This document shows positions 37,352 to 48,300 of a DNA stretch of 64,000 nt, piece by piece (position 1 is the first letter of the stretch; each line of letters begins with the position of its first letter). The DNA is from Candidatus Latescibacterota bacterium (GTDB lineage Bacteria; Latescibacterota; UBA2968): the NCBI GenBank assembly GCA_965204745.1, contig OZ242010.1, forward strand, positions 3,840,001 through 3,904,000. Reading direction: 5' to 3'. The position numbers and the translations under genes were made by a program. The notes below the pieces were generated by a model. The model made no database searches and was not told the origin of the DNA. It saw only the letters and a list, made by a program, of their open reading frames with translations.

Positions 37352-38641
37352 ATGACCCTCATGCATTCAGAAAACGAAATCACATCTCGAGACGCGCTTT
37401 GCGACTGGCAGTTGAAACGCTTGCGGAGCCTGCTGTGCGCGGTCTTGGCGGACAATGCGTTTTACCGCGAAAAGCTCACGCGGGCGGGCATTCGGCGGGC
37501 AGAAGACATCCAAACCATCGCGGACTATCGCCAACTGCCCTTCACCACCAAAGCGGAATTGTCCGCGGATCAAGCGGCGCATCCGCCCTACGGCAACAAC
37601 CTCACGTTCCCGGCAGAACACTACCTCCGCCTCCATCAAACATCCGGCACCGCCGGCAACCCCTTGCGCTGGTTGGACACGGAAAGCAGTTGGGCGTGGT
37701 TTGCGCGTTGCTGGCTCCCGGTGTATCGCGGGGCGGGCGTAACCGCAAATGACACCGTGTTTTTTGCGTTTTCATTCGGCCCGTTCATCGGGTTCTGGTC
37801 CGCATTTGAAGCGGCCCGCTTGATGGGCGCGTTGTCGATCTCTGGCGGGGCCATGTCCTCCATCCAACGCCTGCAAGCGATTCGGGATCACGAGGCCACC
37901 GTGCTCATCTCCACGCCCACTTATGCCCTGCATCTCGCAGAAGTGGCCCATGCCGAAGGCATCGACATCGCCAACAGCAGCATTCACACCACCATTCACG
38001 CGGGCGAACCGGGCGCGGGATTGCCCGCAACCAAAGCGCGCATCGAACAGGCATGGGGCGCGCGGTGTTACGACCATGCAGGGGCCACAGAAGTGGGCGC
38101 GTGGGGATTTGAATGCGCGTTGCAAAATGGCATGCACATCAACGAGCGCGAATTTATCTGCGAAGTGATCGACCCCAACACCGGCGAACACGCGCTTGAA
38201 GGCGAACTCGCGATCACCAATTTGGGACGCATCGGCATGCCCGTCATCCGCTACCGCACGGGAGACCGCATCCACCTAAACCCCGAACCCTGCGCGTGTG
38301 GCTCTGTTTTCTCGCGTCTGATAGGCGGCGTGATCGGGCGCATCGACGATGCCGTGATCATCCGAGGCGTGAATGTCTATCCCAGTACCATCGAAAATAT
38401 CGTGCGGAGTTTTCCCGAGGTCGCGGAATTTGCCGTGGATATTTACCGCCGCAGCGAAATGGACGACATGGAAATCCGCTTGGAACTCAACGGCGGGCCG
38501 CAAGGGTCGGTTGCCGATGCCATCGTCCGCGAAGTGCGCCACATCTTGGGCATTCGCGCGGGCGTTCAAACCGTACCGCCCAATACCCTTCCGAGATTCG
38601 AACTCAAGGCGCGGCGATTCAATGATCATAGAGAGAGGTGA
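37352..38641 (+). CDS. Phenylacetate-CoA ligase family (PaaK-like)
   Basis: LPFTTKAEL, QTSGTAG, AGEPG, RYRTGD, GRIDD. Confidence 0.88.
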   Translation: MTLMHSENEITSRDALCDWQLKRLRSLLCAVLADNAFYREKLTRAGIRRAEDIQTIADYRQLPFTTKAELSADQAAHPPYGNNLTFPAEHYLRLHQTSGTAGNPLRWLDTESSWAWFARCWLPVYRGAGVTANDTVFFAFSFGPFIGFWSAFEAARLMGALSISGGAMSSIQRLQAIRDHEATVLISTPTYALHLAEVAHAEGIDIANSSIHTTIHAGEPGAGLPATKARIEQAWGARCYDHAGATEVGAWGFECALQNGMHINEREFICEVIDPNTGEHALEGELAITNLGRIGMPVIRYRTGDRIHLNPEPCACGSVFSRLIGGVIGRIDDAVIIRGVNVYPSTIENIVRSFPEVAEFAVDIYRRSEMDDMEIRLELNGGPQGSVADAIVREVRHILGIRAGVQTVPPNTLPRFELKARRFNDHRER

Positions 38642-38716
38642 GAGGCAAGAGGTGAGAGGCGAAAAGCGCAAGAGGGGAGAGGCAAGAGGCAAGAGGCAAG
38701 ATACTCTCTTAAAAGG

Positions 38717-39724
38717 TCAAGGGGTTTTCGGGGTGATTCGATAGAATTTTTCGCCCTCAAAATCTTGGTCATGGCGCAACATGCCCCAGATCGAATGGAG
38801 CAACTTTCGCATCACCGCAACGATAGCCTGCAAAGGTTTCTTGCCGCGGGCGATGAGTTGGTCATAGAAGGCTTTGACATGGCCTTCGTGTCTGATGGCC
38901 ACCCAGGCAGGCATATAGAGGGCATGGCGGAGGTACTTATTCCCGGTTTTCGAGATGCGTCTTTGTGGATTGGCGGTTCCGGATTGTTTGGGTTTGGGAT
39001 CCAGGCCTGCATGTGCGACCCACTGGGGCGGTTGCATCTCCTCTGGCAAAAGGGTCAACTCGGCCAAGAGCCGCAAGGCACTCGTTTGCGCGATGCCAGG
39101 CGTCGAGCAGAGGCGTTGGTAGGCACGCTTGAGGGGCTCATCGTGCAAAACGAGATCGAGGGCTTGGCTTTCCAAGTATGCAATCCGGCGTTTGAAGTGT
39201 CGAATATTCACCTGAATATCGCGTGCGATGAGACGTGTGCTGCGGATGTGGTAGCTCTGCGCGTGGTTGCGGCTCTGTTCGCGGATGATCTCCTGCTTGA
39301 GTTGGTCAATGCGTCTGGTGAGGGCTTGCAGTTGAAGCCGTTGCTCGCTCGGCGCTTGCCAAGGCACAAAAGGCATGCGCTCGGCATAGTCGAGGATCAA
39401 CAACGCATCCTTCGCATCCGTCTTCGCCCGTTGCATGCAGGCTTGGGCGTACTTGCTCATCGCTTTGGGATTGACGACCATGACCTTTGTGTGGCGATGC
39501 CGATGCAAGGCCAAGGCCACCCCCAAACTGTAAAGCCCGGTCGCTTCGAGGCACACAGAGACCATGTGCCCGCCCTTCGTGAGCCACTTCAGCAACCGCT
39601 TATGCGCTTGGGGATCATTGGCAAAGGTCGCTTGCATGACAGCTTGTCCGGGTCTGGACAGGGCAACGGACAACGTGCGGGCACTGACATCAATGCCGGC
39701 AAAAGCGGGGTGAGATTTCGACAT
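38717..39724 (-). CDS. IS110-family DEDD recombinase
   Basis: GIDVS, LEATG, KTDAKDA, PGI, QSG, AVMRKL. Confidence 0.93.
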   Translation of the reverse strand: MSKSHPAFAGIDVSARTLSVALSRPGQAVMQATFANDPQAHKRLLKWLTKGGHMVSVCLEATGLYSLGVALALHRHRHTKVMVVNPKAMSKYAQACMQRAKTDAKDALLILDYAERMPFVPWQAPSEQRLQLQALTRRIDQLKQEIIREQSRNHAQSYHIRSTRLIARDIQVNIRHFKRRIAYLESQALDLVLHDEPLKRAYQRLCSTPGIAQTSALRLLAELTLLPEEMQPPQWVAHAGLDPKPKQSGTANPQRRISKTGNKYLRHALYMPAWVAIRHEGHVKAFYDQLIARGKKPLQAIVAVMRKLLHSIWGMLRHDQDFEGEKFYRITPKTP

Positions 39725-39744
39725 GGGGGCCTCCTGTGATGAGG

Positions 39745-39950
39745 GGGTTGTAAGGGATCTGGTGCGCGCTCGGGGTCGCGTCCCGACCATTGACGCCAAG
39801 TCTACCGGTCTTGTATATGCAGCCTCAAGGGGCTTAGATACTCTTCGGCATAGACCCGGCGGTCGGGGGGCCTATCTTACCTACAAGGTCATCGCCTTCA
39901 AGAGGGGCCGGCCTTCCCCGAGCCGGGCATCAAGATGGCTTATCTCGATA
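39745..39950 (-). ncRNA. Bridge RNA of IS110 copy 1 (boundaries approximate)
   Basis: Loops contain CCCCUCU/AGGUAAGA (target) and GAGUAUCU/AUACAAGA (donor) matching the junctions. Confidence 0.8.
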
Positions 39951-40098
39951 CGAGGGCGCAACTCCTAATTAACCCTTACTTCCAAGATACAAGAGGGGAA
40001 AGGCGAAAAGCGAAAAGCGCAAGAGGGGAGAGGTAAGACGGAAGAGGGGAGATGGGAGTTTAGAGCGGGCCGCAGGATAAATTGTTAGGAATGTTGCT

Positions 40099-41358
40099 AT
40101 GATCTCGACGCACTACGATGTCATTGTCATTGGTGGCGGGCCGGCCGGGAGTACGACGGCGGCACTCGTTGCGGAGTACGGGCACCGGGTCTTGTTGCTG
40201 GAGCGGGAGGAATTTCCCCGATTTCAGATCGGCGAATCCCTGATGCCCGGCACGTATTGGTCGTTCAAACGCCTGGGCCTGTTGGACAAATTGGAAAAAA
40301 GTGCCTTTGTAAAAAAATACAGCGTGCAATTTTTCAGCAGTTCGGGCAAAGGCTCTGCGCCGTTTTACTTTTTCAAACACGACCCCCACGAAAGTTCCAT
40401 CACCTATCAGGTGTTGCGAAGCGAATTTGATTTGATGATGCTGGACAATGCCCGGGAAAAGGGCGCCGAAGTTGTGCAGGGAACGAGCGTGCATCGCGTG
40501 CATTTCACTGGGGACCGGGCAACGGGCGTCCAGATCAAAGGCCGCAACGGGCAGGGCCAAGACATTCTCGCCGATGTCATCGTGGATGCCACGGGCCGCA
40601 GCGCGCTCATCTCGAGACGGCTGAAAACCAAAACCGTGGAGCCGAAACTCAAAAAAGCCTCCATCTTCACGCACTTCAAAGGCGGGTTGCGCGACCCCGG
40701 CATCGACGAAGGCGCGACCCTGATTTTGCATACCCGCGACAAGGACTCCTGGTTTTGGTACATCCCCCTGCCCGATGATGTGGTCAGCGTGGGCGTTGTC
40801 GGCGGCTTGGATACCCTGCTCCAAAACCGTAGCGGAACGCCGCGGGAAATTTTTGACGAGGAATTGGCAAAGTGCATCCCCATGTGCGAACGCCTCGCGT
40901 CTGCCGAGCAGTTGTTTCCCATGAAAGTCACGCAGGATTTCTCGTACCGATCCCGCGTTGCCGCGGGCGAGGGCTGGGTGTTGGTCGGCGATGCGTTTGG
41001 GTTTATCGACCCGGTCTATTCCTCGGGCGTGTTCCTCGCGCTCAAATCCGGCGAGATGGCCGCCGATGCGATCCACGAAGCCCTTGAAAAGCGCGATTTC
41101 TCCGCGGAGCAACTCGGCAACTGGGCACCGGAATTTCTGCCGGGCATGGAAGCGATCCGCAAGTTGGTCTATGCGTTTTATTCCAAAAATTTCAGTTTTG
41201 CCAAGTTCCTCAAAGCGCATCCCGAATGTATTGACGGCGTGATCAACATCCTCAAAGGCTATGTCTATCGGGAAGACGTCACCCCGATTTTTGAACCGAT
41301 GGGCCGCATGTGCGACCTACCCGAAGATGTGGCACACTACGCCGAAGCCGCGTCTTAA
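40099..41358 (+). CDS. FAD-dependent halogenase-like oxidoreductase
   Basis: GGGPAG, FPRFQIGESL, WFWYIP, GDAFGFIDPVYSSG. Confidence 0.82.
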   Translation: MISTHYDVIVIGGGPAGSTTAALVAEYGHRVLLLEREEFPRFQIGESLMPGTYWSFKRLGLLDKLEKSAFVKKYSVQFFSSSGKGSAPFYFFKHDPHESSITYQVLRSEFDLMMLDNAREKGAEVVQGTSVHRVHFTGDRATGVQIKGRNGQGQDILADVIVDATGRSALISRRLKTKTVEPKLKKASIFTHFKGGLRDPGIDEGATLILHTRDKDSWFWYIPLPDDVVSVGVVGGLDTLLQNRSGTPREIFDEELAKCIPMCERLASAEQLFPMKVTQDFSYRSRVAAGEGWVLVGDAFGFIDPVYSSGVFLALKSGEMAADAIHEALEKRDFSAEQLGNWAPEFLPGMEAIRKLVYAFYSKNFSFAKFLKAHPECIDGVINILKGYVYREDVTPIFEPMGRMCDLPEDVAHYAEAAS

Positions 41359-41392
41359 CCTTTAATTGGGACCTACCCCTGCCCCCTTCGCT

Positions 41393-42706
41393 ATGTCTTC
41401 TCCCATGCGAATTGCCTATATCGCCGCCGGTGCTGCGGGCATGTATTGTGGCAGTTGTATCCACGACAACGCGCTCGCCGTTGCCCTTCAGCGCAAAGGA
41501 ATCGATTTTGCCCTCGTCCCGACGTACACCCCCTTGCGAACGGACGAACCGGGCGCGAGCATCGATCAGGTGTTCTACGGCGGCATCAACGTCTATCTGC
41601 AAGGAAAAATGGGCATCTTTCGGCACACGCCCTGGTTCATCGACCGGCTGTTCAACACCCCGACCTTGCTCAACGGCCTGGCCCGGTTCAGCGGCACAAC
41701 CCGCGCAGAAGACCTCGGCGCGCTCACCGTATCGGTCTTAGAGGGGGAAAACGGGCTGCAAAAAAAAGAACTCGCAAAATTGGTGCGCTGGCTCAAACAA
41801 GACTTCCAGCCGGACTTAGTACACCTGACCAACTCCATGTTTTTGGGCATGGTCAGGGAAATCAAGCGCGAACTCGGCGTCCCGGTCTTGTGTTCCCTGC
41901 AAGGCGAAGACATCTTTCTCGAGGGCTTGACAGAACCGCACAAATCAGCCGCGCAACTCCTGATTCGAGAACGCGCCCGAGACGCGGATGGCTTTGTGGC
42001 CCCGTGCGATTATTACGCCGACTTCATGGCCGATTACCTCGACGTATCGCGCAACCGCATCTCTGTCGCACGCTTGGGCATCAAATTGGACGGGCACGGA
42101 GGACGCGACTCAGCGTTGCCCCCCTCGCCCTTTACCGTGGGCTATCTCGCCCGAATCTGTCCGGAAAAGGGGTTGCACCTCCTCGCGGATGCGTTTCACC
42201 AGTTGGCAGAACAGGTCGGATCGGAAAATGTCAAACTCAGCGTCGCGGGGTACTTGGGCAAACGAGACGCGGCGTACTTTCGGCAAGTGCGCGAACAAAT
42301 CGCATCATGGGGCCTGTCCGATGCGTTCTCGCATTGCGGCGAAGTCAACCGCGTAGAGAAAATCGCCTTTCTCAACAGCATCCACGTCTTATCCGTCCCA
42401 ACGCCTTACCGAGAACCCAAAGGGTTGTTCCTCCTCGAAGCCCTCGCCAACGGCGTTCCAGTCGTCCAACCCCGGCACGGCGTTTTTCCGGAATGGATAG
42501 AACAAACGGGCGGCGGCATCTTGGTCACGCCCCTCTCATCAGAAGCATTGGCCGCCGGCCTGTTGCGGATGATGAACGATCCCGAAGGCAGAAAAACAAT
42601 GGGCCAAACAGGCAAACGCGCCGTGCATCAACGCTTTAGCGACAATGATATGGCAGACGCAATGTTGGATGTCTATCGGAGGTCAGTGGTCAGTAGGTTG
42701 TGTTGA
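41393..42706 (+). CDS. Glycosyltransferase family 4
   Basis: ARICPEKG, EPKGLFLLEALANGVPVV; stop codon supplied by the MITE TIR. Confidence 0.88.
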   Translation: MSSPMRIAYIAAGAAGMYCGSCIHDNALAVALQRKGIDFALVPTYTPLRTDEPGASIDQVFYGGINVYLQGKMGIFRHTPWFIDRLFNTPTLLNGLARFSGTTRAEDLGALTVSVLEGENGLQKKELAKLVRWLKQDFQPDLVHLTNSMFLGMVREIKRELGVPVLCSLQGEDIFLEGLTEPHKSAAQLLIRERARDADGFVAPCDYYADFMADYLDVSRNRISVARLGIKLDGHGGRDSALPPSPFTVGYLARICPEKGLHLLADAFHQLAEQVGSENVKLSVAGYLGKRDAAYFRQVREQIASWGLSDAFSHCGEVNRVEKIAFLNSIHVLSVPTPYREPKGLFLLEALANGVPVVQPRHGVFPEWIEQTGGGILVTPLSSEALAAGLLRMMNDPEGRKTMGQTGKRAVHQRFSDNDMADAMLDVYRRSVVSRLC

Positions 42707-43119
42707 CATTTAGGAGCAAAGCAACTGGCTTGAGCGGTTTATCAAGAAAATCAAGCCCTATCGCAGAATATGCTCTCGGTTGGAGAAACTGAAACAGTCG
42801 CTCCTTATCGGGACCTACCCCCCTAGCCCCCCTTCCTGCGAGGAAGGGGGGAACTGTGAGCGGTTTTGCGAGGGGATTGATGAGGAATATTTAATCGCTT
42901 TATGCCCTCGCACAACGCCATCAGAGCCACCATAGCGAGAAGCCATCAAAGGGACTTTACTCCCCTTTCCTCGTAGGAAAGGGGCCGGGGGATAGGTCCC
43001 CTCGCGCAACGCCATCAGAGCAACCTAAGCCATCAAAGGACCAAACGCCTTAAATGAGCAAGAAGCAACACAGTTGCTACTCTGTGCTAACGTCAAAAAA
43101 ATGAAATGTCAACACAACC
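42696..43119. mobile_element. MITE family A, copy 2 (REP cargo)
   Basis: TIR GGTTGTGTTGACATTT; TA duplicated within GTCAG-TA-GTCAGT. Confidence 0.85.
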
Positions 43120-43150
43120 TAGTCAGTCCGCCCCGCCCCCTGTCCAAAGC

Positions 43151-43248
43151 GGTCAGTAGTCAGTGGTCAGTAGTCAGTGGTCAGTGGTCAGTAGTCAGTG
43201 GTCAGTGGTCAGTAGTCAGTGGTCAGTAGTCAGTGGTCAGTAGTCAGT
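43151..43248. repeat. Heptamer tandem repeat (GTCAGTR) x about 14
   Basis: Direct reading; shorter or related arrays at 15725, 36990, 57297, 59225 and 60667. Confidence 0.92.
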
Positions 43249-43353
43249 CCGCCCCGCACCCTGCCCTAAGCGAGCAGTGGGTTGTAGGGGCGATGCCCCT
43301 GTGTGCTTAAAGCAGGGGCAGAATCCAGGGACTTTTCTTTTTTAGGAGGTTAC

Positions 43354-43845
43354 ATGCCGACTTCATCTATTGGGCTTACGTGGTTGGTCTTTGCATTGTT
43401 GACCGTTGCATCCTGGGGCTTGTACGGTCTCTTTTTGCACACCGGGCAAATCGCTATGGGCGATCCGGAGAATGGTCGTTACAAAGCCTTTCTCTTTGTG
43501 GGCATTGCCTATTTGTTGACCGCTGTCATCGGCTCTTTGATCGTGCTCGTTGTCAACGGGGCGGACTGGTCATTCCCGGCAAAGGGCCTCACCTGGTCCC
43601 TGTTGGCGGGCATTGTAGGGGCGATTGGCGCGTTTGGCGTGCTCCTCGCGTTTGGTGCAAAGGGCACGCCGCCCGTGGTCATGTCCATTGTCTTTGCGGG
43701 CGCGCCGATTGTCAATGCGGTCGTCTCTCTCATCCTGCATCCACCCGCCGGAGGTTGGGGCGGTTTGAACTGGCAATTTGTGCTCGGCATCGTCCTCGCG
43801 GCCCTCGGCGGTTGTCTGGTCACGTTGTTCAAACCCTCGTCGTAA
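43354..43845 (+). CDS. Five-helix membrane protein (EamA/DMT-like)
   Basis: Multiple TM segments; RBS AGGAGG. Confidence 0.7.
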   Translation: MPTSSIGLTWLVFALLTVASWGLYGLFLHTGQIAMGDPENGRYKAFLFVGIAYLLTAVIGSLIVLVVNGADWSFPAKGLTWSLLAGIVGAIGAFGVLLAFGAKGTPPVVMSIVFAGAPIVNAVVSLILHPPAGGWGGLNWQFVLGIVLAALGGCLVTLFKPSS

Positions 43846-43905
43846 GCAGTTGTTTTTTAGGCGAATGACGTCTTTCTCATTGCCACCCCCTCGTCGTAAC
43901 ACGCC

Positions 43906-44331
43906 ATGCCCAGCGAATTTCACACCACCCGCCGAGTCGCGTTCTCCGATACGGATATGGCCGGCATCGTCCACTTTTCCCGGTTCTTCGTTTTTATGGA
44001 AGCCGCCGAACACGCATTTTTGCGCTCGCTGGGCACGAGTGTTTCAACGGCGTGGCACGGGAATAAGATCGGATGGCCGCGCTTGGAAGCGACCTGCACC
44101 TATCTCAGCCCGGCCGTTTTTGAAGACGTGTTGGACATCCACCTGAAGGTGATCCGCAAAGGCGCGAAATCCCTGACCTACCAATTCGATTTTTCACGCG
44201 GCGAAACCGCCATTGCCCGGGGAAAAGTGAGCGCGGTTTGTTGCATCTGCAATCCCGGTGAGAAAATCAGGTCCATACCCATCCCGGATTTTATCGCCGA
44301 TCAGATTCGAGAAGCGAGAGAGGCACCTTGA
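43906..44331 (+). CDS. Acyl-CoA thioesterase (4HBT/hotdog)
   Basis: FSDTDMAGIVHF..ME. Confidence 0.88.
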   Translation: MPSEFHTTRRVAFSDTDMAGIVHFSRFFVFMEAAEHAFLRSLGTSVSTAWHGNKIGWPRLEATCTYLSPAVFEDVLDIHLKVIRKGAKSLTYQFDFSRGETAIARGKVSAVCCICNPGEKIRSIPIPDFIADQIREAREAP

Positions 44332-44373
44332 CGTTCCGCAGTCATTCAGCGAAGCCATGGCAACCCTGCCATC

Positions 44374-44612
44374 GCAAAAGACCATCCGCTAAAGCCATCA
44401 CGCACAGCGCGCAAGGCCGTCTCGCAACCAATGTCCATCTGGCAACCCACCTTACAGGCTGACGCATGTCGTTCTGTTACACAAGCGATTTGCGCTGTGC
44501 AAGCCCCTCGGCGTTTGAGAGCGGCATTTTTTGCCTACTTTTTTTTGCTGTTGAAAAAAAGTAGGTCGCCGAAGGCATCGGAGGCAACCAACGAGGCTGT
44601 AGGACCAAACGC
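44374..44612. repeat. Dispersed ~240-bp repeat also found inside MITE A copy 1 (19735-19973)
   Basis: Shared GCACAGCGCGCAAGGCC..CCTACTTTTTTTTGCTGTTGAAAAAAAGTAGG..AGGACCAAACGC. Confidence 0.85.
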
Positions 44613-44711
44613 TTGAGACGAGCAACGTAGGCATAAGCGTAGCCTGCAATGAGCGGAACGAATAACGGGGGCAGGGGGATAGGGTCCCCACTGACTCATG
44701 GAGAACGCGAA

Positions 44712-45371
44712 ATGGCATTGAAAGTAAAACGCCTGTCCAAACAATTTGGCGACATAGAAGTTCTGCGGGACATCTCCTTTGAAATGGCGCAGGGGCAGTC
44801 GCTGAGCATGATGGGGCCTTCGGGATCGGGCAAGAGCACCTTGTTGCATGTGCTCGGCACGCTGGATCGGCCATCGTCTGGGCGGATCGAAATCGGCGGG
44901 CAAGACCCCTTCGCACTGCCCGAACTCGCGCTCGCGCAATTTAGAAATCAGGGCATTGGATTCGTATTTCAAGAACACCATCTCTTGCCGCAATACTCGG
45001 TTGTGGAAAACGTCTTGATCCCGACGCTGGCATTTGGCAAACCGAGCCGCGAGGCGCGAGATCGCGCCCGAGAAGTGATCGACCACGTGGGCCTGTCGCA
45101 TCGCATCGACCACCGGCCGAGCGAATTATCCGGTGGGGAACGCCAGCGCACAGCGGTTGCGCGCGCCCTCATCAACCGCCCGGCACTGCTCTTGTGCGAC
45201 GAACCCACCGGCAGCTTGGACGGCGCGCGCGCAGAGGAAATCGCGGACCTGATCTTTGACTTGCACCACGCGGAAAACAACATCTTGATCTGCGCCACGC
45301 ACAGCGCCGCGCTCGCCCATCGCTTTGAGCGGCAATTTGAACTGCGGGGGGGAACGTGCTCCGAAGCCTGA
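44712..45371 (+). CDS. ABC transporter ATP-binding protein (LolD/MacB-like)
   Basis: GPSGSGKST, LSGGERQR, CDEPTG. Confidence 0.92.
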   Translation: MALKVKRLSKQFGDIEVLRDISFEMAQGQSLSMMGPSGSGKSTLLHVLGTLDRPSSGRIEIGGQDPFALPELALAQFRNQGIGFVFQEHHLLPQYSVVENVLIPTLAFGKPSREARDRAREVIDHVGLSHRIDHRPSELSGGERQRTAVARALINRPALLLCDEPTGSLDGARAEEIADLIFDLHHAENNILICATHSAALAHRFERQFELRGGTCSEA

Positions 45372-48300
45372 CCTACTTTTGGCGAATCAATCTCGCGGTC
45401 GCGCTCGGCATCGCCGTGGGCACGGCGGTTTTGACCGGCGCGTTGATCGTGGGCGATTCCGTGCGCGGCAGCCTAAAGGACTTGTCCCTCAGTCGCTTGG
45501 GCAAAATCGACCACGCCTTGGTCTCCGAGCGATTTTTTCGCGCACATCTCGCCAGCGATCTCAAAAACGCCCTCGACGACCGCTTTGCCGCGGTGGTCCC
45601 CGCCATCAGCCTGAGTGGAACTGCGATCCACGCCAATGCGCGCACCCGGGCGTCTCGCGTCCAGATTCAGGGCATCGACCACCGATTTGCAAACCTGTTC
45701 GATCACCCCTTGCCCGAGTTGGAACGCGAGACCACATTCCCACCTGTGGTCATCAACGCCGCCCTCCAGCGCGAACTCGACGCGCAACTCGGCGACCCCA
45801 TCCTCCTGTCCTTTGAACAACTCGGCGACATCCACCGCGAATCCCTGTTTGGACGCACGTCAGACGCGCTGCAAACCGTCCGCTTAACCCTGGCCGCTGT
45901 GTTGCCGGACAAGGGCATGGGACGCTTTGGCCTCATCGCCCGGCAAACCGTGCCGCGCAACGCGTACCTGTCCCTGCCCGTCTTGCAACGCGCCTTGGGT
46001 CAACCCAACCGCGTCAACGCCTTGTTCGTCTCGGGCGCGCCCAATGCGGCGTCAGCCCTTCAAACCGCACTTTCCCAAATCGCAACCCCGGACGACCTCG
46101 GCTTGGTCATCCGCCGCGGGGCAGATCACTTCGCTATCGAAAGCACGCAATTCATCCTCAAAGCACACACCGCAGAGGCCATTCAAACACTCGCTGCCGA
46201 CCTCGACGCGCCCGCCATGTCCATCCTCACGTACCTCGCCAACACCGCGCAAATCGGCACGCGGGAACTGCCCTACTTCACGATCTCGGCACTGGACATC
46301 GGCCCTCTCGGCGCGTTCCACCTGACGAGCGGATCGTCCCAACTCGGGGAAACCGACATCTTGCTCAATGCCTGGGCCGCCGAGGATTTGGACGCGCAGG
46401 TCGGCGACGAAGTCGATCTCGCGTATTACGAAGTCGCGCCCGGGGAAAAATTCCTCACCCGCAGGGCCACATTTCAAGTCAAGGGCATTGTCGCCATGAC
46501 CGGCTTGGGGGCAGATGAAACCCTGACGCCCGATTACCCGGGCCTGGCCGATGCCACCAACATGGCCGACTGGGAGGCCCCGTTTCCCATCGACCTAAAC
46601 CGCGTGCGCCCCCGGGACGAAGATTATTGGGACCTGTACCGAGACGCGCCCAAAGCCTTTGTCTCTGCTGGCGCCGGGCAACGCCTGTGGAAAAGCCGAT
46701 TTGGCGCGTTCACCGGCATCCGCATCGGCCCCATCGCCGGGCAAAGCCTCGAAGCCACGCTTGGGCAATTCCGCGACCGCTTGCCCCGTGCCATCGCGCC
46801 CGCCTCCGTGGGCCTCGGCTTTGAGCCGGTCATGCAACGGGGCATTGCGGCCTCTGAGGGCGCGACGGATTTCAGCGGGTTGTTCATCGGCTTCAGCCAA
46901 TTCCTGATCCTCTCGGCGGCCCTGCTCGTGGGCTTGTTATTTCGCCTGAGCGTGGAACAGCGCGGCAAAGAGGTCGGCCTGCGGATGGTCTCGGGCTACG
47001 CGGCAAAAAAAATCCGCCGACAGTTCAGCCGCGAGGGTCTCGGCTTGGCCTGTGTGGGCGGGATATTGGGGCTTGCAGGCGGGGTCGGGTACGCGCATCT
47101 CATCATGGTGGGCCTGCGAACGCATTGGGTCAGCGCGGTTGGCACGTCTGAACTCGCGCTCCACATCCACGCGGGCAGCCTGTTGTTGGGCTATGCGATT
47201 TCCCTCGCCGTCGTCCTGTTGGCGATCTGGCTCACCCTGCGCCGCTTGGGCAACATCTCCATCCGCGCCTTGTTGGCCGGCATCACGGAAGGGGCACGGG
47301 CAAAACCGCGCACAAAGGGGTACGCGCTGATCAGCCTCGCGCTCGCCGCGCTCGCGCTCGCCGGCGCGGTCGTGGTGGGGCCATCAGAGGGCGCGACCTT
47401 GTTTTTTGTCAGCGGCGCGCTGTGGATGGTCGCGGGCCTGTGCTTCTTGTCCCGCCATCTGCGGCGCGGACCTCAAGCACTCGGCAAAGGCACGCTGGGC
47501 ATGGGCATCCAAAACAGCAGCCGCCAACCCGCGCGGAGTTTGGCGTGTGCGTCTCTCATCGGATGCGCGTGTTTTGTCCTCGTCGCCACCGGCGCGAACC
47601 GGCGCGCGGACCTCGGGCAAAACATCGGGCGAGACAAGGCATCGGGCACGGGCGGCTTTGCCCTCATCGCCGAAACAGACGCGCCGATTTATCACGACTT
47701 CCACGCCCGATCCGGGCAATTTGAACTCGGTTTCTCCCAAGCGGACGCAGACCATCTAGCGCGGGCAGAGATCATCCCCCTGCGCGTTTTGCCCGGGGAG
47801 GACGCGAGTTGTCTCAACCTGTACCGGCCCGAAAACCCGCGCGTTTTGGGCGTTCCCGAATCCCTGATCCAGCGCGGCGGCTTTGCCTTTCAGCAAACGG
47901 CAGTGGAAAACCCCTGGGCCGCATTGTCTCGAGACTTGGGCGCAGGGGTGATTCCGGCTATCGGCGATTACAATTCCGCCATGTGGATTTTGCACAAGCA
48001 ACTAGGCGATGAGATCGCCATCAAAAACGACAGGGGCGAGGACGTGACCCTGCGCTTGGTGGGCTTGTTAAAAACGAGCATTTTTCAAAGCGAAGTGCTG
48101 ATTTCCGAACGCCATTTCTTGCAGCACTTTCCCGAGCAAAGCGGGTACCGCGCCTTTCTCATCGACGCGCAACGCCCCGATACCCTCGCCGCACTCCTCG
48201 AAAACCGCTTAAAAGACCTCGGCTTAGACGCCACCCCGACCGCGCAAAAACTCGCCCATTTCCAAACCGTGGAAAACACGTACCTCGCCACGTTTCAAAC

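Larger units (their letters stand above)
38699..39993 (-). mobile_element. IS110-family element, copy 1
   Basis: Matches 50249-51544; CT core (AG on plus strand) at both junctions; no TIRs. Confidence 0.92.
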
